Source of the DNA: Octopus sinensis
Lineage: Eukaryota
DNA: 64,000 nucleotides
Reading direction: 5' to 3'
NCBI RefSeq assembly: GCF_006345805.1
Contig: NC_042999.1
Span: forward strand, 120,838,001-120,902,000
A program made the translations under genes and the position numbers. A model generated the notes under the pieces. It was not told the DNA's origin. It saw only the letters and a program-made list of their open reading frames with translations, and ran no database searches. This document shows positions 52,830 to 64,000 of the stretch, in pieces (the first letter of the stretch is position 1; each line of letters starts with the position of its first letter).

Positions 52830-53185
52830 CATCAAGCTGACAGAATCGTTAGAACGCTGGGCAAGATGTTTAGCAGCATTTTGTCCATCTTCACGTTCTG
52901 GCTTCAAATTCCGACGAGGTCGACTTTGTTTCTCATTGTACCAAAATTTGAAAAACAATATTTAAAGAGCAATAAGGTGGCAAGCTGCCAGAATCGTTAG
53001 CAAAATGCTTAGCGGCATTTTGTCTGTCTTCAGGTTCTGGGATCAAGTTCCGCCGAGGACGACTTTGCCTTTCGTCCTTTCGGAGTCGATAAAATAAGTA
53101 CCGGTTGAGGACTGGGTACGATGTAATCGACTTCCACCTCATTCGAACAAGCTGGCTTTGTGTCATAATTTGAAGTCAAAATTTG
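52830..53185 (+). mobile_element. Two tandem SINE family 1 copies (first truncated)
   Basis: CAAGCTG.CAGAATCGTTAG head at ~52832 and ~52981; GAGTCGATAAAATAAGTACC. Confidence 0.8.
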
Positions 53186-53569
53186 AAACCAAAATTTAAA
53201 TAGCAATAGCTTAATATCAAATTCAAACCGTTTCGGCTTTAGTGGACGAATATTACACTACAATGAGAAAAATTAGTGTTCTTTTGAAGCAAAACAATTA
53301 TCACATCTGCTAAGTAATTAGAAAAAAGAAGTTCCAGAAAGGATTGTTATAACGGGAAAGAAATTTATAAGCTGGCAGATACATTTATAAGCTGGTAGAA
53401 AAAAATGTGTTCAAGAGAATTGTTTTCTATTCTCCAAACATATCACTGATATTCCTCTTATCTACCAAGGAAGAATGGAATAGAACCGTGACTAAGCTAA
53501 AATACACATTTAGAATCTAAAAGAATGAAATTAACTACGTTAATAATAAATTCGTTTACCTTTTCTACC

Positions 53570-53985
53570 AAAGACACTCAGTCGGTTACGACGAGGAAGG
53601 TTCCAGTTGAGCCAACCAACCGTTTTACTACACTTCTCTTTACTTCTAAATAAAATATACTATAATATTAGTTATATACTATAGGAGTAAGTCACTGGAA
53701 GCGAGACAATAGATATTCTATATGCCCGTGAACTTAACGTACAATTGGCTGGACACACCACAAACATGTGTGTCCTTAAAGTAGTTCTTAAAGAGATTCA
53801 GCATGACACAGAATGTGACATGCCTTGCCCTTTGAAATATAGGTACTACTCATTTTTGCCTACTGTGATGACTAGAGCAAGAGAAAATAAAGTGTCTTGC
53901 TCAAGAACACAACGAGTTGAGCTCACGACCTTACGAACGTTTGCCGAACGCTCTAAGCACTAAGCCACGCAACTTCACATATTTC
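53570..53985 (-). mobile_element. SINE family 2 copy interrupted by a ~109-bp foreign insert (53618-53726)
   Basis: Head (GTGGCTTAGTG...GTCGTGAG...GCAAGACACTTTATT) and tail (CGTCGTAACCGAC) are separated by a segment that is duplicated at 54876-54984. Confidence 0.8.
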
Positions 53986-55639
53986 TACCGATATACAGTC
54001 ATTTAAAAAAAGTATATCCTTTCATATATATATGCGTGAGTGTGTGCGTGTGTGTGCGCGCGCATGTCTGTGTATCATATATATATATTCTATAAAATTC
54101 TATATGGCTCTGTTAGGCTTCCATTTCATATTATTTTTAGGTAGACATAGTTGCCTTTTATCCATCTGATATCGATATGACATATATCGGTAATACAGTG
54201 GGAACAAGTCAATCGACATTCGCTCCCCGACAAGATTTGGCATTTTGCCTTAGCAAAATAAGTTTATTATTTTAACATTAAAAGATGTTTCTTTTTTATA
54301 TAAGATCATTTGTTGCTTAGAATAATCGATACTGTTAACATACTAGCTCTAGTGTACGATCTACAGCATTTTACATTATATACAACCATCTAAATATAAC
54401 CAATCACAATCTAAGATAGAAAAATGTCTTGCACTGAGTCAGACAAGTTTCATTCTATAAATACGCTTCTCAGTTTTTCTTACCTTGTTACCAACAATAC
54501 AGTTTATGAAAATATATATCATCTGTTTATAGAGATGATCTATTTTATTGATTCACACACTGCCTAGATTATCAATATAGATTATATTTCATAGAAAACA
54601 CAAGTTTAGTAATTTTCCTTGTCTTTTGACCTAAAATATTTAAGTCAAACAAAAGGCAATAATATTTGTTGTCTTTTTGTGTATTCAATGATTGTTTGCA
54701 GTATAGTAATGTTGAAATATATTGTCGATCATAGATTTAAAATATGAAATGCTAAAATCCAATTTCTTATATAGTCTCTTGTCTTTATTTCTATGACAAT
54801 TTCTCGGTTTAATTTCATAAGTGTCGATATGTTTCTTGCCAGCTGGGACCATGGCGAAGTTTTATTTCGAGTTTTAACCGTTTTATTACACTTCTCTTTA
54901 CTTCTAAATAAAATATACTATAACATTAGTTATATACTATAAGAGTAAGTTACTGGAAGCGAGACAATAGGTATTCCATATGCCTTTATAAAATTTTATA
55001 TTGTTCCTTGTAAAAAAACACATTAATGATAGTATCATCTTAAACTTTGTATATAACATTTATTTAAAAACTTTACACATTATTTTAAAACAGAATAATG
55101 ATTGGATCTGATATAATACTTTAATATCTACAGTGTTATAAATCTAAGATGAACATATGCAGTTTAAGATGTAATCTCTAGCATTTCTGTTCTGAAACCT
55201 TCTAAATAAACTAAAAGTTTATGCAAAATGTATACATTCTGATGTTTCAATGCGTGCGTGTAAAGATAACAAAATAGTTAATTTATTGTGTATTTTCAGA
55301 TGCAAAATAATTTCTAACATTCACATATCTTAATTCAAAAGATTTCTAAATATCCGTATATGATAAATACATATATTAGCCAATGCAAATGTACACACTT
55401 TGAACTAAATTGCGGATTCTATTTCTCACTTTTATATAACGAAATCTTTATACCTATGACATATACATACATGCACACCTACATATACAGTGATCAGTAA
55501 TGTACCACCTAGAATAAACTTGAGGATACTGCAGAACGACCTTAAAGGTCTATGCGCTAATTACTTATAGGAGAGCAGTCCTACACAAAAATTGGCAGAA
55601 CTAAAATTAGGTTTGTTGATGGTGTTCCCCTCGGAAAAT

Positions 55640-55860
55640 CTACAAAGTATCGCCGGATGTACTTATATGATGAACGGGGATTCAACAGGATTCAACGGTG
55701 CTTTTAGACGAGTGGTGGTCTGTGTTCCGGCAGAGGTAGGATGGTTGTATTTGTTTCAGCGTCTGGAAGTTTTTCTGAAAACTCACAAGTCTTTGGTGCT
55801 AGTGATGGATTAAAATTGTATTTGAAATGGATGATATAATTGTAGAGGAAATGAAACGTG
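55640..55860 (+). mobile_element. Possible Tx1/L1-like APE endonuclease remnant
   Basis: AFRRVVVCVPAEVGWLYLFQRLEVFLKTHKSLVLVMD*N resembles FRL..VYAP....FF..LE.FL.....LVL.GD(W/F)N. Confidence 0.45.
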
Positions 55861-55967
55861 AGTGATTCCCTGCTGTTAATTCCGTTCTCCAGCATTTCAT
55901 GTTATTCCATATAAGGCTTCTCGTATTTTCTACTATTCCATATAAGTCTTTTCACATTTTCCACTAT

Positions 55968-56115
<148 letters not shown>

Positions 56116-56298
56116 TACTTTGAATTTGGAAGTTTGTTACAATCAATTGCCGATTCACACCAGCGTACTGGGGTGAGTGAATTATTATTATTATTATTAA
56201 TCAATAGTTTTATTTTTATAGCGTGCTTTCACTTCACTACCGAGCGCAGCTCTGTGTGCCTTGGGTATGTGCTGTGATTTGTTGTGATGCTCTAATAG

Positions 56299-57114
56299 TT
56301 ATTGTATGGAAAGTGTTCTGCGTAGGATGTGTGCAGTGCCTAGTAGTGCAATTTTCTGTATGTTATATGTGTTTGTAAGTCCTGGTGTTTTTGTTATGTA
56401 TGTGTCTGAATATTTTTTTATCATGCCTAATGCACCTACTATGATAGGAATTGTTTCTGTTTTTAGATTCCACATTTTGGTTACCTCTATTTCCAGGTCT
56501 TTGTATTTTGAAAGTGTCTCCATTTCTTTTAGAGACACGTTGTCATCTGCCGGTATTGATACATCAATTAGAAAGCATTTTTTTTCTTCATGATCTCTGA
56601 CAATTATATCTGGTCTGTTGACCTTAATTTCTCTATCTGTGTGTATCGGCATATCCCAGAGTATGGTTGCTTTCTCGTTTTCTGTGACCTTCTCTGGTGT
56701 GTGCTTATACCATCTTTTTTCTGTTATTATTCCATAATGTTGGCATAGCTTCCAGTGTATGTAGGTTCCAACTCTGTCATGTCTGTGAATATATTCCTTC
56801 TTAGCCAGGTCTGAGCAGCCAGAGATAATATGATTTATTGTTTCTTGTCCATTTCCACATATTCTGCAGTTACTTGTTATATTTCTTTTCATTACATGTT
56901 TTTGGTAATTTCTGGTGGGGAGGCTTTGGTCTTGTGCTGCAATTAAAAATCCCTCTGTCTCTGCTTTGAGTCTTGAGCTTCTCAACCATTGCTGGGATTT
57001 GTCTTTGTCTATTTCTTTTGCATTTAGTTTAGTCCAGTATTTACCATGAAGGGGCTTTTCTTGCCATCGTTTTATAATGGTTCGCTGCTGTTCTATTTTT
57101 AGTTTGGATTTCAT
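56299..57114 (-). pseudogene. Zinc knuckle plus RLE endonuclease segment of copy B
   Basis: 271-aa ORF: CRICGNGQETINHIISGC, RHDRV, RPDIIV, IDVSIP, KYKDL, LGTAHILR. Confidence 0.92.
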
Positions 57115-57763
57115 TTGTTTTATAGCTTTGTTGTTTCTTCATCTTCTTCTTCTTCTTCTTCTTCTTCTTCTTCTTCTTCTTCTTCTTCTTCTTCTTCTTC
57201 TTCTTCTTCTTCTTCTTCTTCTTCTTCTTCTTCTTCTTCTTCTTCATATTTGTTAGGTGGTATGATTTCTTGTTTGTATTTGTCAGCTTCCTTAGATACT
57301 AAGAACATTTTTTGTTTTGCTCGTGTTTTGCCGCTATTTGTATCAGTTTTCCTTCCTTCTGAAGTAGATATTTTTGCAGTCCTATGGTGGTTATTTTATA
57401 GTAGTTTTCCAGCTGTATAAGGCCTCTACCACCATCTATACGTTGTATATATAGTCTTTCTATGTCAGATTTTGGGTGATGCATCCTAGATCCTGTCATT
57501 ATCTTTCTTGTTTTCCTATCTATTTTGGTCAGTTCATTTAGTGTCCAGTTAAGGATATTGTAGCTGTAACTTATAACTGGGACAGCTAAATTGTTGATAC
57601 CTATTATCTTGTTTTTAGCATTAAGCTCTGTTTTTATTATTGATCTAACTCGTCTATAATATTCTTTTTTTATATTTTCTCTTTCATTTGTGTGTGTTGT
57701 GTCTTATCTAGTTCATGGATTCCTAAGTATTTCTAGGTTTGGCTTTGGTCTAATTCTTTTATT

Positions 57764-58414
57764 TCATTGGTTTTTATCTAGTGTGATGTTGTTACTCTTA
57801 ACTAGTTTTCCTCTTTTCATGGTTACTTTGGCGCATTCTTCTAATCCAAATTTAATTTCTATTTCTTTGGTAAATCCATGAACTGTCTTTAATAGTGTTT
57901 CCAGCTGTTTGTCATTTGCAGCGTATAGTTTTAGGTCATCCATATATAAAAGGTGGCTGATCGTTTTGCCGTAACGTTTATATCCGCATCCAGTTCTATT
58001 TAGCATATCAGGTGACAGTGCCAAGCAGAAAAGGAGTGGAGAGAGCGTGTCTCCCTGGAATATTCCTCTTCTAATGGGGATGGCTTTGGTTTTCATGAGT
58101 CCCCCTTTTGTTTGGAGCTGTAGCACTGTTTGCCATTTATTCGTAAAGTGTCCTATGAATTTTATAATTCTTGGTGCTACTTTGTTAATGGCTAGTGTTT
58201 CGAGGATCCATGTGTGGGGGATGCTATCAAACGCCTTTTTGTAGTCGATCCAGGCCATACTGAGGTCTTTCTTCTTTCTGTGGCTGTCTTCAGTTATGGC
58301 TTTATTAATCATTAGTTGATCTTTACAGCCATATGAGCCTTTGCGGCATCCTTTCTGCTCTTCTGGAAACAGGTTGTTTTCGTCCAGGTGCTTGTTCAAC
58401 CTTTGCGATATCAC
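57764..58414 (-). pseudogene. Reverse transcriptase segment of copy B
   Basis: WIDYKKAFDSIPH, GIFQGDTLSP, YMDDLKLY. Confidence 0.92.
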
Positions 58415-60152
58415 TGCAGTAAATGCCTTTTACATTGTAGGGAGACAGGTTATTGGTCTGTAGTTTTCTGGAGTTTTCTGTTTCATTTGCCTGGGTGACC
58501 TCTTCAGTTGTTATGGGGGTCCAAAGTTGCTCAGATGCTGAATTTGTTGTTTTAATACTCCTTCTTTTTGTTGTTCGTTCGCCGACCATATTCTCTTCAG
58601 AATTCTTCCACTTCTTCTGCCGTTGGTGCTGCAGTGATTTCTATTTTATTATTGCCAAGTTCTTGGTAGAACTTTTTGGGGTTGGAGTTGAACTTTTTGT
58701 TTTGTTCAAAGAAGCGCTGGCGTTTCTCGTACCGGCGGATCCTTTGTGCTTTGGCAAGGATATCTTGCTTTAGCTTTTCTTTTATCTCAGGTAAATCTTT
58801 TTCTGTGGTGTTGTATTTGCGGAGTATTTTTGTTTTCTTTTTGTTGCTCAGTAGCGTTGATTGTCTACTGATTTCATTAAAAATCGACAGATCTTTTCTC
58901 ATGTTTCGTATTTTGTTTTGGATGTTATTTATCCATAGAGTTTGTTTGGGTGGTGGTACTCCTGTTTGGATGGGTTTGAGTGAGTATCCAGCTTCTTTTG
59001 TGGCCGCTGCGTATACTAAGTCATTTAGCTCAGTGATATCGCTTTTTGTTTCAGTGGCTATTAGTTCCGTGACGGCTAGGTTTATGCTGTTTATAATTGG
59101 TATTGTTGTTTCGTCTATTTTGATATTTGGTCGATGGTCCATCTTGTGATCTGTGCTTTTCAGTTCTTTTTATAGTCTCATAATCATTAGGCTCCCCTTC
59201 GTTGTTTCCAGGTTTTAGATTTGTGTCGCTTTTTTCCACGTTGTATGTTTGTCTGTTGTGTTTTGGCTTGCTGTTTGATGTGTATTATTATGCATCCTTA
59301 CGGTCTGGGTTTGTTGTTTTTTGTTTACATCGTGTTTGTTGGGAATGTTACGTTTGTCTTCGTGTTTCACTGTTTCAGTGTTTATATTATTGGGCATTGT
59401 CGTGTGGCTTCTATCTACATTTTCCTGATGTATTTTTTCTTTTAGATGTTCTATTTCTATTTCTGATATTTTTTTGCGTTGAGAATGTATCTTCGCACGT
59501 TAGCTAGTTTATTAGGGTTCATTGCTGTATCCAAGTCTATATTTATGTTATTTTCCTTCCATATTTTATATGTATGTGTTGTTGTGTTTTCATTTTTTGG
59601 GTAGAGCACTGCTGTGAAGTAAGCGTGTAGGATAGAAATGTATTCCTCACGTGTCCATTTATGTCTTTTGGGTTTTATTTGCGGGACATGAGGAACAACG
59701 TCCGGCCCATTATTTTGACGGTCGTCATTTTCGTAGGGTACCAGTCCGTTCATTTCTGTTGTCACATTGTTTTGCACGTGTAGTTTTTCGTACATTTTGT
59801 GTTGTAAGTTTAAAGTACGTACTTCCCGATTGTTATTCTTGGGTTGAATAATATCGGTGTTATTTAATTTCTTCGTAGTTTTATTGTACATGGTGTTTGG
59901 GGTCGGGGATGATCTGGTGTTGATGGATCGTAATGTACCACGCATGTTTAGAGGTGGAGATGGTATCGAGTTAAAATACATCATTTCGTTTCGAAAATAG
60001 TAGTAAATTTCAATGAGTATTACTTACTCGGATAGTCCAATCCTTTGTCAGTTAATTTTTAGCTCCATACGATGTCTTTGTTTTCGATGTTTGTGGATAG
60101 ATTTCGGAGCGCTGTTTTATCGTTCTTACATCATAAACGTCCCCGGTGTATC

Positions 60153-60223
<71 letters not shown>

Positions 60224-60224
60224 C

Positions 60225-60380
60225 AGTGGGCTGACAGAATCTTTAGCACACTGGTCACAAGGCTTAGTGGCATTTCCTCCTACTTTACGTTATGAGATAA
60301 AATTCCGCTGAGATTGATTATGTCGAATTAACACCTTCCCCATACAAATTTCAGGTCTTTTGCCTGTTGAAGAAAGTATT
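60225..60380 (+). mobile_element. SINE family 1, degenerate copy
   Basis: GCTGACAGAATCTTTAGCAC...GCTTAGTGGCATTTC...AAATTCCGCTGAG. Confidence 0.6.
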
Positions 60381-60479
60381 ATTTTACTTGCGTTGCTGCT
60401 TAATCTTGCTTATTCCCGAAACGTCGAAGTCAGAATATTCTAAGTACAACTGTGACAGCTAAAATGTTTACCATTAGAA

Positions 60480-61950
60480 TATTTCTTTTTTTTTTATTTT
60501 TGATAGAGATATTAATCTAATACAGTCCTAATATTCCGGCTTTTCTTTCATTTGTGTACTGTAAACTATCTAGTTCAGTGATTCCTAAGTATTTGTACAT
60601 CCATTTGCTCTAATTCGTTCAGTTTCTTTAATATGATAGTAACATTTTTATTTCATTTCACCTTTCGTTAATGATGTTTTTACACATTTTTTAAAGCCAA
60701 ACACATTTTTATTTCTTTGATAAATCTATGTACATTCTACAGTACGTTTTTCTTATTATTTATCATTTGCATCATACATCTTGATGTTGTTTATATAAAA
60801 AAGATGGCTGATTGTCACAATGTAGCGTTTGTGTTCAGTGTCAGTTCAATTTATGATGTTGGTTAAAGGCATCATTGGCAGAAGGTAAAAAAGTTAGGCG
60901 AAAGATTGTCTTTCGAACATTCCTTTTCTAATGGAGATGGGTTTGCTTACAAAATTTGATGCTTCTTCTGCGACTGTAAAAATATTTGATACATTTACTC
61001 ATGACAAGCTTTATGCATTTTATTGATGATACCTTTATCCGAAACAGTTTGTCATGAATCTACAAGTGAGGATTTCTATCTAAAGCTTTCAGGTTGTCAA
61101 TCCACACCACACACTTGACTCTTCTTTTATCTCCGGCTGTCCTCGTTTATAGCTTTGTTGATCGGTAATTGATCTTTGTAGTTACATGAGTGCCTTAGCA
61201 AAAGCCTCTTTTCTTCTGAAAATATGCTGCCTCTGTAACTGACTATTCCCTTTGAACGATATTATTGCAGTTAAAAGTATGTAAACCGTAATAAGACGAG
61301 TTACGTTTCTATAATTTCGAGGGCAGGTAATTTCAGGAGATGGCTCTTTTCCCTACTGTAAACCAGTCTTGAATGATATTTCTGGTGTCGGTAGCATCTC
61401 ATTACAATTCCCATTACAATTTATCGTGATAAAATATTCTAACTCGAATTTAATAATCTTATCCGAAGAGTTGCATTTTTTCTTTTCGCAATATCTTTGT
61501 TAGTATTTCTTTTGCTATGGATACCACCGTGTCTTCCGTGTCTTCAGAAGTTGCGTCCTTTTAACCAATCTTTCTTGGGATGATTCATTTGCACCACATA
61601 CTCCTCCTCTATATTCTCCTATATCTTACACTATTGATGCTACTTTTGACTTTTATTCTATTTTTACCGAAGTCTTGATAAATTTCTTTTTTGTTATTGT
61701 TATATTTCTGTCGTGTATGTCTTTCTTTCCTTTTATTCATTTATATTTTGGTTTGATTTCATTAACCATTCAGAAACTGTTACTCTCATCTTCTATGTGT
61801 TTGTGATTATTTGTTTTCCATGTTGTTTCTTTAAGTTTTGATACTCGTATTTGAATGATTTCAAGCGAACACCCATCTTCATTTGTAAATGCAGTGGCTG
61901 CTGCTCATAGTACTTCGTTTATTTTGGTAACAGTGATGTTTGAATAGGTA
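60480..61950 (-). mobile_element. Old, decayed R4/Dong-like LINE (N-terminus to RT)
   Basis: Minus-strand NEVL*AAATA (cf. NDLVYAAATA), WIDNLKA, IRKGMF and ISHLFYINNIKMY (cf. ISHLLYMDDLKLY). Confidence 0.7.
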
Positions 61951-62049
61951 TATTTAAGAGACAGCGAAGTTTGTGTTTTTTTTGTTTTGTTTTTTGCTTA
62001 GGAAAAAGCTTTCGGTCACCCATCGGAAGATGTATTCATTATTATAATT

Positions 62050-62490
62050 CATTATTTGTACGAACGTGGTTTTGTGTTAAAAAGTTTGCTTTCCAACGAC
62101 GTGGTTTTAGGCCGGTGACACCTAGAGCAGGTGTCTTCTGCTAGAGCATTGGGCCTTGTGAGTGGATTAGGTAGATGGAAACTGAAGAAAACTCGGTGTG
62201 TGTGTATGTGTGTGCGTGTTTGTGCGTGTGAGTGCGTATGCGTGTGTGTGCGTATGTGTGCGTGTATGTGAGTGTGTGTGCGCGCGTGTGTCTGTGTGTG
62301 TGTCCTTGTGTTTATGTTTGTCATCCAACAACCGCTTGACAACCCGTAACTTAGGAGTTCAGCAAAAAGACTGATAGAATAAGTGCCAGGCTTAAAATAA
62401 ATAAATACTGGAGCCGACTCATTCGACTAACAGTTCTTCAAAACAGTACTCCAGCATGGCTGCAGTTTAATGACTGAAACAAGTAAAAGT
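62050..62490 (+). mobile_element. SINE family 3, degenerate copy with internal (GT)n
   Basis: CCTTGTGAGTGGATT.GGTAGATGGAAACTGAAG...CCAGCATGGCTGCAG...TGACTGAAACAAGTAAAAG. Confidence 0.82.
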
Positions 62491-63185
62491 GTGTACCAGC
62501 TGAGCACTGGGGTCAATCGACTCATCCACTCTCCGAAGTTTCTAGCCTTGTGCCAAACTTGGAAACTATTAGTCTTTTTGTTTTCAGACTCATAAGTTAG
62601 CAAGTTTATAGATAAATCTATATAGGGCTATTTTCCCCTATTCTGGGTAGAGTGTCTCCGTAATATACTCATATACAAAAAAGAAAATACTCTCTCGTCT
62701 CCATTTATTCACTTTCTAGGTTTTATTTTGCTACAGTTGAAGAGTAAATTACGACTTTTTATTTAGAGTGTCATCGTTTTCATTGTGTGTCGATTTGACT
62801 GCTTCTATCATATTTTCCTTTAGGTGACATGTTTTTTCGTTTTCTTTCGTACTCTTTGTGTGACAGATTTAAAGTATCTTGTGGGGAATTATACGGTATA
62901 TTTTATTTGAATTATTTGTCATTATTTAGTGGTAAACTGTGAAAGCATGTTATCTAATCATTCGTTGAAACAGTGAATTCTAACAGGAATGAGTTCCAAC
63001 CACATCAATAGTTATGGGGTTTTTTTTTCATGCAACGTTTCTGTTGAAATATTGGGAAATCTACACCCTGTCGGAGTATGACATCAATGGTCTTCCACGT
63101 TTCTTTCACAGTGAGCCATTTCAAGACAAACAAGGTGATCTAATACACAGTATGCAAAAGAAGAACTAAACGATAAAATAAAATT

Positions 63186-63575
63186 AGTGGCTGTGTGGTA
63201 AGTAGCTTGCTTACCAACCACATGGTTCCGGGTTCAGTCCCACTGCGTGGCACCTTGTGCAAGTGTCTTCTTCTATAGCCTCGGGCCGACCAAAACCTTG
63301 TGAGTGGATTTAGTGGACGGAAACTGAAAGACGCCTGTCGTATATATGCACATATATGTGTATGTGTGTGTATATATTGTGTATCCCAATATCGCTTGAC
63401 AACCGATGCTGGTGTGTTTAGGTCCCATAACTTAGCGGTTCAACAAAAGAAACCGATAGAATAGGTACTAGGCTTGCAAAGAACAAGTCCTGGGGTAGAT
63501 TTGATTCGATTAAAAAGGCGGTGCTCCAGCATGCCCGCAGTCAAATGACTGAATCAAATAAAAGAGTAAAAGAAG
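63186..63575 (+). mobile_element. tRNA-derived SINE family 3, full-length copy
   Basis: Head GTGGCTGTGTGGTAAG...GGTTCAGTCCC, central microsatellite, tail GCGGTGCTCCAGCATG..GCAGTCAAATGACTGAA, then AAAAGA repeats. Confidence 0.88.
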
Positions 63576-64000
63576 TAAAAGAGTATTAAGCAAGTAAAAT
63601 TAATAATTCTAAAATATGAGTAAAACACTTTCATCTCCGGCCAGGTCCTCATCAATTTCTCATGTTTCTCTTGAAGAGAAAAGAGATTAACTCCCCCATT
63701 TGAGTATGTGAATTTTACTTTCCCTTTGTGTTGTAATGGTGACAATTGAAACGAAATAGTATTACTGTTAAACTTCATTCGAAGGCAATTCCTCTGATAC
63801 CATTTTCAGAAGTCACGTTCAGTTCTGAAATGCAGTAATTGTGGTGAACACGGTAGTTTTAGAACACATCGGTCCGTTTGTTTGAAACTATTCACTTTAA
63901 ATTCGTTAGAAAATTAAATTCTACTTGATCTGAGCACATTTTTTAAATTGTCTTCCCAGTTTAATGTATAACAGATATGTGTTAAGATAAAATAAACATA

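Larger units (their letters stand above)
56200..60152 (-). mobile_element. R4/Dong-type retrotransposon, copy B, probably full length including a ~200-bp 5' UTR; frameshifted
   Basis: Same domains as copy A and closely similar to it along its length; (TAA)n at 56181-56199 and 60153-60220; internal deletion relative to copy A near 58480. Confidence 0.94.

Overview
AT-rich, microsatellite-saturated eukaryotic DNA. The SINE families and repeat landscape look like an Octopus (coleoid cephalopod) genome; this is recognition, not a database result. No intact host protein-coding gene could be supported; only a few isolated minus-strand exon candidates were seen. Most long ORFs in the supplied track are microsatellite artefacts. 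The window is dominated by mobile DNA: (1) several lineages of RLE-endonuclease non-LTR retrotransposons of the R4/Dong type, including two near-full-length copies (3067-7021 and 56200-60152) sitting in (TAA)n tracts and carrying a coding poly-Glu (GAA)n tract; (2) a 555-bp non-coding element occupying the same (TAA)n target in the same orientation; (3) Penelope-like elements, one with an RT ORF and an inverted tRNA-like/hammerhead cassette; (4) a 119-bp-arm fold-back containing a hammerhead ribozyme with a G3-C8 swapped core; (5) RTE, Tx1-like, mariner and Helitron remnants, tRNA-derived SINEs and local tandem duplications. The best candidates for undescribed biology are the two hammerhead-containing cassettes and the (TAA)n-targeted LINE plus non-autonomous passenger system.
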